From Chlamydiota bacterium (lineage in GTDB: Bacteria; Auribacterota; Tritonobacteria; UBA1439), in NCBI GenBank assembly GCA_037133055.1, contig JBAXOY010000100.1:1-10965 (forward strand): DNA of 10,965 bases, read 5' to 3'. Of the stretch, positions 4,686-10,965 are shown piece after piece (the stretch's first letter is position 1; each line of letters starts with the position of its first letter). A model generated the notes under the pieces. The model ran no database searches and was not told where the DNA came from. It saw nothing but the letters and a program-made list of their open reading frames with translations. The position numbers and the translations under genes were made by a program.

Positions 4686-6812
4686 GTGCGCGTGAGAATA
4701 TATGATCTAGCCAGGGAGCTGGGCATCGGGAGCAAGGATGTCATCGCGCGCCTCGTCGGGATGGGGGTCTCAGTCAAGAGCCCTTCCAGCAGCATCGACG
4801 AGGATGTCGCCGCGCGCGTAAGAAAGGCGTCCGGCGCCCCCGCGGGAGAGAAGCCGAAGGCCCCCCCCGCCGCGGCCCCCGCGAAGCCCCGGGCCGCGAA
4901 GGCCCCCCGCGAGAAACAGGCGGCCCCGGCCCCCGCGGCGAAAAAGGCCGCTCCTCCCCCCGCGGCCGCGAAGCCCGCGCCCGCGAAGCCCCCGGCCGGG
5001 GGGAAAGCCCCGGCGGCCCCCGCCGCGCCGCAGCCTCCCGAGAAGAAGCCCGAGCCCGCCGCGCCGCTCCGGAAGATCGCCGTGATGATGCCCGTGAACG
5101 CCCGGAAGCTCGCGGAGCTCCTGCAGGCAAAGCCCGAAGAGGTCATGCGCACCCTCATCAAATTCGGCGTGATGGCCGCGATCAACCAGAATCTCGACGC
5201 AGCGACGGTGGAGATCGTCGCCCACGAGCACGGCTGCGAAGCGGAGATCGTGATCGAGGCGACGCCCGCGGATGAGGCCTTTGCGGACGATCCGAAGGAT
5301 CTTGTCCCGAGGGCCCCGGTGGTGACCTTCATGGGACACATCGACCATGGAAAAACCTCGCTCCTCGACGCGATCCGCAAGAGCAAAGTGGTGGAGGAAG
5401 AGTCGGGAGGAATCACCCAGCATATCGGCGCGTACGAGGCGGCGCTGCCGAAGGGGCGCATCACCTTTCTCGACACCCCGGGGCACGAGACGTTCACCGC
5501 GATGCGGGCCAGGGGCGCCAACATCACCGACATCGCCGTGCTTGTCGTCGCCGCGGACGACGGCGTGATGCCCCAGACGCGCGAGGCGATCGACCACGCC
5601 CTCGCGGCCGAGGTGCCGCTCGTGGTTGCGGTGAACAAGATCGACAAGCCGGGCGCCCAGCCCGAGAAGGTCAGGCGGCAGCTCATGGAGATAGGGTTCA
5701 GCCCGGAGGAATACGGGGGGCAGACGATTTTCTGCGACGTCTCGGCGACCACGCGGGCGGGGCTCGACCACCTCCTGGAGATGATCGTTCTCCAGGCGGA
5801 GGTGATGGAGCTCAAGGCCAATCCCACCGCCCCCGCGCGCGCGGTGGTGATTGAGGCGAAGATGGACAAGGAGCGCGGGGCGGTCGCGACGGTGCTGGTG
5901 AAGCGGGGAACGCTCAGGGTGGGCGACCCGATCGTCTGCGGGACCTGCGCCGGCAAGGTCAAGGCGCTCTTCGACTATCGCGGCGCGCGGGTCCGCGAGG
6001 CCGGGCCGGCCAGGCCGGTGGAGGTGCTCGGCCTCGCCGGCGTATGCCAGCCCGGAGAGGAGCTCCGCGCGGTCGAAAGCGAACGCGCGGCGAAGGGGCT
6101 CGCCGAGGGGCTCCGCCTGGAGCGGGGCGCCGCAGGCGCCGCCGCCAAGAGCAAGATGACCCTCGAGGAGCTGTTCACGCGGATCGCCGCGGGCAAGGCG
6201 AAGGAGCTGCGGCTCATCCTGAAGGGCGACGTGCAGGGATCGGTGGAGGCGCTCCGGGACGCCCTGCGGAAGCTCAGCACCGAGCGGGTCTCCGTCAGGG
6301 CGCTCCGCTGCGTGGTGGGGGACATCAACGAGAGCGACGTGATGCTCGCCTCCGCCTCCGACGCCGTGATCATCGGCTTTCACACCCGCATCGACGTCGA
6401 CGCGAAAGAGCTGAGCCGCAGGGAGAGCGTGGAGATCAAGCTCTACGACATCATCTACGAGGCGATCGAGGATGTCCGGAAAGCGATGGAGGGCCTGCTC
6501 GATCCCGCGATCAGGGAGACGGTCATCGGCCGCGCGGAGGTGAAGCAGATATTCAAGGCCGTGAAGGGCGATCAGGTCGCCGGCAGCATGGTCGTGGAGG
6601 GGAAGGTGACGGAAAACGCGCGGGCGCGCGTCATACGGGGAGAGAAGATCGTCCACGAGGGCACCATCCTGTCCCTGCGCCGCTTCAAGGACCAGGTCAG
6701 GGAGGTGAAGAGCGGCACCGAGTGCGGCATACGCCTCGCCAACCTGAAGGACCTCCACGAGGGGGACATCATAGAAGTGTACAAGATGGAGAAGGTCCCG
6801 CAGAAGCTCTGA
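4686..6812 (+). CDS. infB: Translation initiation factor IF-2 (708 aa from GTG 4686)
   Basis: N-terminal RIYDLARELG; G-domain motifs GHIDHGKT, GGITQHIGAY, DTPGHETF and NKID; C-terminal SLRRFKDQVREV...ECGI. AAGGGGGGA RBS 5 nt before GTG 4686 (GTG 4692 is possible). Confidence 0.99.
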   Translation: MRVRIYDLARELGIGSKDVIARLVGMGVSVKSPSSSIDEDVAARVRKASGAPAGEKPKAPPAAAPAKPRAAKAPREKQAAPAPAAKKAAPPPAAAKPAPAKPPAGGKAPAAPAAPQPPEKKPEPAAPLRKIAVMMPVNARKLAELLQAKPEEVMRTLIKFGVMAAINQNLDAATVEIVAHEHGCEAEIVIEATPADEAFADDPKDLVPRAPVVTFMGHIDHGKTSLLDAIRKSKVVEEESGGITQHIGAYEAALPKGRITFLDTPGHETFTAMRARGANITDIAVLVVAADDGVMPQTREAIDHALAAEVPLVVAVNKIDKPGAQPEKVRRQLMEIGFSPEEYGGQTIFCDVSATTRAGLDHLLEMIVLQAEVMELKANPTAPARAVVIEAKMDKERGAVATVLVKRGTLRVGDPIVCGTCAGKVKALFDYRGARVREAGPARPVEVLGLAGVCQPGEELRAVESERAAKGLAEGLRLERGAAGAAAKSKMTLEELFTRIAAGKAKELRLILKGDVQGSVEALRDALRKLSTERVSVRALRCVVGDINESDVMLASASDAVIIGFHTRIDVDAKELSRRESVEIKLYDIIYEAIEDVRKAMEGLLDPAIRETVIGRAEVKQIFKAVKGDQVAGSMVVEGKVTENARARVIRGEKIVHEGTILSLRRFKDQVREVKSGTECGIRLANLKDLHEGDIIEVYKMEKVPQKL

Positions 6813-6970
6813 CCGGACGGTCGACGGGGCGGCTCGCGCCCTCATACCCGCCCCCGCGGTCCCGACGCGATCAGGCCCCGACCCCTATGCTTCCCTCTGA
6901 TGCCCTCACCGTGCCGTTGTGCTCTCAATGTTACACCTTCGACCCGGGAGCCTGTCCGAGGACCGCACGC

Positions 6971-7252
6971 ATGATCATAGGCGTTCTGGAAATGCAGCTC
7001 AGCATGCCGGGGAACCGCTCCCTCAAGGACAAGCGGCAGGTCCTGAGGTCGGTCAAGGACCGGGTGCGCGCCGGATTCAACGTCTCCATCGCCGAGGTCG
7101 CCGACCACGAGCGGTGGTGCTCCGCCCATCTCGCGGCGGTCACGGTGGCGTCGGACCGCGAGCGGGCGCACGGGGTGCTCGAAGCGGTCGCGCGCTGCGT
7201 CGAGCGCCGCGGAGACGCCGTACTGGCGGACTACTGCATCCAGATGCTGTAA
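6971..7252 (+). CDS. ylxP: DUF503 family protein (YlxP-like), 93 aa
   Basis: MIIGVLEMQLSMPGNRSLKDKRQVLRSVKDRVRAGFNVSIAEV carries the SLKxKR and FNVSxAEV signatures. Usual position between infB and rbfA; GAGGA RBS. It is the C-terminal part of track ORF 6044..7252. Confidence 0.93.
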   Translation: MIIGVLEMQLSMPGNRSLKDKRQVLRSVKDRVRAGFNVSIAEVADHERWCSAHLAAVTVASDRERAHGVLEAVARCVERRGDAVLADYCIQML

Positions 7253-7282
7253 TACCGAACCTTGAACCCTTGAAGGTGAGTC

Positions 7283-7642
7283 ATGGCCAGTCGAAGAATG
7301 GAGCGGGTCGAGCAGCTCCTGAAGGAGGAGCTCGGCATCATATTCCAGCGCGGCCTCAAGGACCCGCGCATCGGGTTCGTGACGGTGACAGGCGTCAAGG
7401 CGAGCCCGGACCTCTCCCACGCGAAGGTGTATCTCAGCGTCATGGGGAGCGAGAAGGCGAAGAAGGACACCATGGACGGGGTCGTGAGCGCCGCGGGCTA
7501 CATCCAGCGGGAGCTCGGCGCGCGGGTGAGGCTCAGGCACACCCCCCGCCTCGAGTTCGCGCTCGACGACTCCGCGGACAGGGGATTTCACATCATGGAG
7601 ATACTCAATAAGATCGAGGCGGAGAAACGCGATGAGCAGTGA
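7283..7642 (+). CDS. rbfA: Ribosome-binding factor A
   Basis: RRMERVEQLLKEEL, KDPRIGFVTVTGVKASPDLSHAKVY, LRHTPRLEFALDDS; synteny. Confidence 0.98.
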   Translation: MASRRMERVEQLLKEELGIIFQRGLKDPRIGFVTVTGVKASPDLSHAKVYLSVMGSEKAKKDTMDGVVSAAGYIQRELGARVRLRHTPRLEFALDDSADRGFHIMEILNKIEAEKRDEQ

Positions 7643-8672
7643 GAGCCCCCTGCGCGCCGTCGCGGGGCTTTTGCGCGGTCATCGCGCGTTCCTCGTCTGC
7701 GGGCACGTGAGGCCGGACGCCGACTGCATCGGGTCGCAGCTCGCGCTCGCAGCCGCGCTCGTGCGCATGGGAAAGACGGCGGAGATGTGGCTCTCCGACG
7801 CGGTTCCGGAGAACTGCCTGTTCCTCCCGGGGAGCTCCCGGATACGGGTTCCCGGAGACGCGGATGCGCCGGCGGGAGACCTCGCGATCGTCCTCGACAC
7901 CCCGATCCCCGAGCGGCTGGGGCGGATCGCGGAGCGCGTGCTCGCCATGCCCGGGGTCGTGAACATCGACCATCACCCGAGCAACATCCGGTGGGGGCGC
8001 GTCCACTGGGTCGATCCCGGCATGTCGGCGACCGCGGAGTTCATCTACCTGCTTATCAAGGAGCTCGGGGTCGCGATCGACCGCGACATCGCCATGTGCC
8101 TCTACGCGGGGATACTCACGGACACGGGGCGGTTCTGCTACAGCAACACGACGCCGTTCACCCACCGCGTGGCGGCGGAGCTCGTCGAGCGTGGGGCGGA
8201 CCCGCGCGAGGTCGCCGACCGTATCTATGCGGCGCACCGGCCGCGGAAGATGCGGCTGCTCGCGAAGGTGCTCGAGGGGCTTCGCGTGGACCCGGGCGGC
8301 GAGTTTGCCTGGCTGTGGATCACGCCCGGAATGTACGCGGAAACCGGCGCGGGGCCGGAGGACGCGGAGGGGTTCATCAACTACGCGCGCGATCTCGCCG
8401 GCGTCAGGGCGGCGGCGCTGTTCGAGGAGGCGCCCGTGGGGGAAGGGGTCCGCGTCAGCCTGAGGTCCCGCGACGCGGCAATCGACGTGAACGCCGTCGC
8501 CGCGCGGTACGGAGGGGGCGGGCACCCGGGGGCGGCCGGGGCGACCGTCGCGGGCTCGCCCGGGGATGTCGAACGGAGGGTGTGCGATGATGTCAGGGAC
8601 GCGATCGCCCGCGCCGGAGGAGAAGAGCGGAATCCTCGTCGTGGCGAAGCCGGGGGGCATGACGTCGCATGA
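7632..8672 (+). CDS. nrnA: DHH/DHHA1 bifunctional oligoribonuclease / pAp phosphatase NrnA
   Basis: HVRPDADCIGS, NIDHHPSN, GILTDTGRF, RVSLRSR, GGGGHPGAAG; overlaps rbfA by 11 nt. Confidence 0.95.
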   Translation: MSSESPLRAVAGLLRGHRAFLVCGHVRPDADCIGSQLALAAALVRMGKTAEMWLSDAVPENCLFLPGSSRIRVPGDADAPAGDLAIVLDTPIPERLGRIAERVLAMPGVVNIDHHPSNIRWGRVHWVDPGMSATAEFIYLLIKELGVAIDRDIAMCLYAGILTDTGRFCYSNTTPFTHRVAAELVERGADPREVADRIYAAHRPRKMRLLAKVLEGLRVDPGGEFAWLWITPGMYAETGAGPEDAEGFINYARDLAGVRAAALFEEAPVGEGVRVSLRSRDAAIDVNAVAARYGGGGHPGAAGATVAGSPGDVERRVCDDVRDAIARAGGEERNPRRGEAGGHDVA

Positions 8673-9306
8673 CGTCGTGGACGCCGTGCGGCGCCGGTTC
8701 CGTTACCGGAAGACCGGTCACGCGGGGACGCTTGATCCCTCCGCCGAGGGGGTCCTGGTGCTCGGGCTCGGGCGCGCGGCGACCCGGCGGCTCGATGTCT
8801 ACCAGCGCATGGAGAAGGAGTACCTCGCGTCGCTCGAGCTCGGGGTCAGCACGGACACCCAGGACGCGGACGGCGCCGTCACCGAACGGAAGGACTGGCG
8901 CGGGGTGACCGAAGAGGCGCTCCGGGACGCGCTCGCGAAGCTCGGGGGGGCGCGGAGCCAGGTGCCGCCGATGCACTCGGCGCTGAAGCGGAAGGGGCAG
9001 CCCCTGTACCGCCTCGCGCGGAGGGGGGTGACGGTCGAGCGAAGCCCGCGGCCGATCATCATCCACGAGCTCGAGCTCCGCGGGTTTGCGCCGCCGGAGG
9101 CGAGGCTCAGGGTGCGGTGCTCGAAGGGCACGTACGTGCGGACGCTCTGCGCGGAGATAGGCGACGCGCTCGGGTGCGGAGCCCACATGACGAAGCTCAC
9201 GCGCGCGCGGGTGGGGGCGTTCACCCTGGAGCGGGCGATCCCGCTCGAGGCGCTGATGAAAATGTCGCGGGCGGAGATGGAAGAGAAACTGCTGCCGGCT
9301 GAGTGA
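8587..9306 (+). CDS. truB: tRNA pseudouridine(55) synthase TruB, short form (no C-terminal PUA domain)
   Basis: GILVVAKPGGMTSHDVV, catalytic GHAGTLDP, QVPPMHSALK and CSKGTYVRTL. Start placed at ATG 8587 (GGAGG 7 nt upstream); 8566 and 8590 are alternatives. Confidence 0.96.
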   Translation: MMSGTRSPAPEEKSGILVVAKPGGMTSHDVVDAVRRRFRYRKTGHAGTLDPSAEGVLVLGLGRAATRRLDVYQRMEKEYLASLELGVSTDTQDADGAVTERKDWRGVTEEALRDALAKLGGARSQVPPMHSALKRKGQPLYRLARRGVTVERSPRPIIIHELELRGFAPPEARLRVRCSKGTYVRTLCAEIGDALGCGAHMTKLTRARVGAFTLERAIPLEALMKMSRAEMEEKLLPAE

Positions 9307-9315
9307 GCCTTGACA

Positions 9316-10281
9316 ATGAAAGTGGTGAACGGGCTGGATGACCCGGCGCTCCGGAAGGCCGGGCGCGTGGTTCTCTCGATCGGGGTCTACGACGGCGTGC
9401 ACCTCGGGCACGCGCGGGTCATCGGCGCGCTCGTCCGCGAGGCGAAGCGCCTGAAGGCGGCGCCGGCGGTGCTCACCTTCGACCCTCACCCCCGGAAGGT
9501 CCTCGGGGGCGCGACGCCTGCCCTGCTCACCACGCGTGAGCACCGGCTCGCGCTTCTCGGCGGCCTCGGGGTGCGTCTGTGCGTCGTTCTCCCGTTCACG
9601 CGGGAGGTCGCCGCGATGGACGCGGAGGGATTTGTCCGCGACCGCCTTCTCCGGGCGGTGGATCTCGCCGGCATCGTTGTGGGGCCCCGCTTCGCCTTCG
9701 GGCGCGGGGCACGCGGCACCGTTGAACTCCTCCGCAGGCTCGGGGAGGCCCGCGGCTTTACGGTCGCCGTGGTCGAGGGATTCACCCTCGATGGGCGGGG
9801 GGTCAGCTCGACCGCCATCCGCCGTATGGTCCGGCGCGGGGAGCTTTCGGAGGCGTCGCGGCTGCTGGGGAGACCGTACTCGCTGTGCGGGCCCGTGACG
9901 CGGGGGAAGGCCCTCGGCAGGACCCTGGGGGTCCCCACGGCGAATATTGCGCTCGAAGGGGCCCTGCTTCCTCCCCCGGGGGTCTACGCCGCACGCGCCG
10001 CCGTCGGGGGAAAAACGCACGACGGGGTCCTCAACATCGACACCCGCGGCGTCGTGGAGGTCCACCTCTTCGACTTCTCCCGGGATCTCTACGGGAAAAT
10101 GATGGAGGTCTTCGTGGGGGCCCGCATCCGGGCAGAGCGGCGGTTTGCCACAGAGGAAGCGCTCGCCCGGCAGATGCAACGCGACATTGCAATTGCGGCT
10201 CAAATGCTGCATACTGGTGCATCGGTACACGGCGGGTCCCGCGCGGGGCGCGGGGGCGCCGTGCCACAGTCCCTCATCTAG
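9316..10281 (+). CDS. ribF: Bifunctional FMN adenylyltransferase / riboflavin kinase
   Basis: [48 protein letters not shown] and IRAERRF. Start is ATG 9316 or TTG 9310. Confidence 0.96.
   Translation: MKVVNGLDDPALRKAGRVVLSIGVYDGVHLGHARVIGALVREAKRLKAAPAVLTFDPHPRKVLGGATPALLTTREHRLALLGGLGVRLCVVLPFTREVAAMDAEGFVRDRLLRAVDLAGIVVGPRFAFGRGARGTVELLRRLGEARGFTVAVVEGFTLDGRGVSSTAIRRMVRRGELSEASRLLGRPYSLCGPVTRGKALGRTLGVPTANIALEGALLPPPGVYAARAAVGGKTHDGVLNIDTRGVVEVHLFDFSRDLYGKMMEVFVGARIRAERRFATEEALARQMQRDIAIAAQMLHTGASVHGGSRAGRGGAVPQSLI
10187..10215 (+). promoter_or_regulatory. Internal sigma70-type promoter for rpsO-pnp inside the ribF 3' end
   Basis: TTGCAA (10187-10192), 17 nt, CATACT (10210-10215), in a local AT-rich patch with codon usage atypical for the gene. 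Confidence 0.65.
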
Positions 10282-10318
10282 GCCGGCCGAGTCGCCGACG
10301 GCGCGCGTGGAAGGGGGA
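10270..10318 (+). ncRNA. Putative ribosomal protein S15-binding leader RNA
   Basis: Outer stem TCCCTC-a-TCTA / TGGA-a-GGGGGA encloses GGC..GCCG-AGTCGCCGA-CGGC..GC directly before the rpsO RBS. The loop resembles the CGANTCRCCRACG motif I recall from Bacillales rpsO leaders. Confidence 0.55.
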
Positions 10319-10342
10319 GCAACAGGAAGAGGAGGATTCACA

Positions 10343-10612
10343 ATGGCGATGGATACGGGGAGGAAGGAAGCCCTCGTGAAGCAGTACCGTCTGCACGAAA
10401 CGGACACCGGATCGGCCGATGTCCAGGTGGCGCTGCTCACGGCGAGGATCAACGACCTCGCGGGGCACCTGAAGCTGCACGCGAAGGACCACAACTCGCG
10501 CAGGGGCCTCCTGATGCTCGTGGGGCGGCGGCGCAAGCTGCTCGACTATCTGCACGGGGTGAGCGAGGAGCGCTACAAGGCGCTGATCAAAAAGCTCGAA
10601 CTGAGGAAATAG
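10343..10612 (+). CDS. rpsO: 30S ribosomal protein S15 (89 aa)
   Basis: [54 protein letters not shown] before ATG 10343. Confidence 0.99.
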   Translation: MAMDTGRKEALVKQYRLHETDTGSADVQVALLTARINDLAGHLKLHAKDHNSRRGLLMLVGRRRKLLDYLHGVSEERYKALIKKLELRK

Positions 10613-10689
10613 CCCGCGTCGCGAGAGCCCGGCGAGGCGCGCAGTGCGCGCACCCGGGCAGCGCGGGCTTTGCGGCCTATGGAGGCCGC
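10611..10689 (+). other. Structured rpsO-pnp intercistronic RNA (long interrupted stem-loop plus a second hairpin)
   Basis: AGCCCGCG (10611-10618) pairs with CGCGGGCT (10662-10669) around GCCCGG/CCGGGC and GCGCGC/GCGCGC; then GCGGCCT-ATGG-AGGCCGC (10672-10689). Confidence 0.6.
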
Positions 10690-10742
10690 CGGGGAGCGCG
10701 CTCGCGCATCGCAGGTGAAGGAGAGAGGAGAAAGGTACGGTC

Positions 10743-10965
10743 ATGGTCAACAGTGTCTCAACGACGATCAACGGCAAGGAGCTGGTCATCGAGACGGGCA
10801 AGCTTGCAAAGCAGGCACACGGCGCATGCACGGTCCGGTACGGGGACACGGTGGTCCTCTGCGCGGTGACGGTCGCGCCCCGGATCCGCGAGGGAGTGGA
10901 CTTTTTCCCCCTGACGGTGGATTACCGCGAGAAGACGTCCGCGGCCGGGATGTTCCCCGGCGGCT
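10743..10965 (+). CDS. pnp: Polyribonucleotide nucleotidyltransferase (PNPase), 5' part; runs off the window
   Basis: Manual translation [39 protein letters not shown]...[22 protein letters not shown]; follows rpsO. Confidence 0.97.
   Translation, partial: MVNSVSTTINGKELVIETGKLAKQAHGACTVRYGDTVVLCAVTVAPRIREGVDFFPLTVDYREKTSAAGMFPGG

Noticed and set aside
6813..6970. 158-nt C-rich gap between infB and DUF503 as ncRNA or promoter
   Set aside because: Only weak hairpins and no convincing -35/-10 pair; nothing supportable from sequence alone.
3713..10849. Very long antisense and alternate-frame ORFs (e.g. 3713..5962-, 4770..6845-, 8593..10536-, 7605..8660-, 10274..10849-, most of 6044..7252+)
   Set aside because: They shadow well-supported core genes. 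High GC and codon bias suppress stop codons, and the products are Arg/Ala/Pro-rich with no motifs.

Overview
The window has two compartments. Bases ~2000-10965 are GC-rich bacterial core DNA. They hold an orphan response regulator (REC domain plus a C-terminal CxxC...HGICPxC module), followed by the conserved translation/RNA-maturation cluster nusA-infB-DUF503(ylxP)-rbfA-nrnA-truB-ribF-rpsO-pnp(5' part). The cluster has a clear sigma70-type promoter and a rimP-leader-type attenuator hairpin, but no rimP, ylxR or ylxQ. Bases 1-~1965 are visibly less GC-rich accessory DNA around a minus-strand tRNA-Asp(GTC). This part contains a secreted PQQ-like beta-propeller gene cut by what looks like an IS3-family terminal repeat, an unknown 62-aa ORF apparently in the tRNA transcription unit, and a short repeat-rich spacer. 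Divergent from the tRNA lies an overlapping pair, a 67-aa protein plus an AbiEii/MenT-like nucleotidyltransferase, with toxin-antitoxin architecture. That pair is the best candidate for an uncharacterised system. Other notable signals are a probable S15-binding leader RNA driven by a promoter hidden in the ribF 3' end and a RibF lacking the GxRPT loop. All family assignments come from motif recognition by eye; no searches were run.
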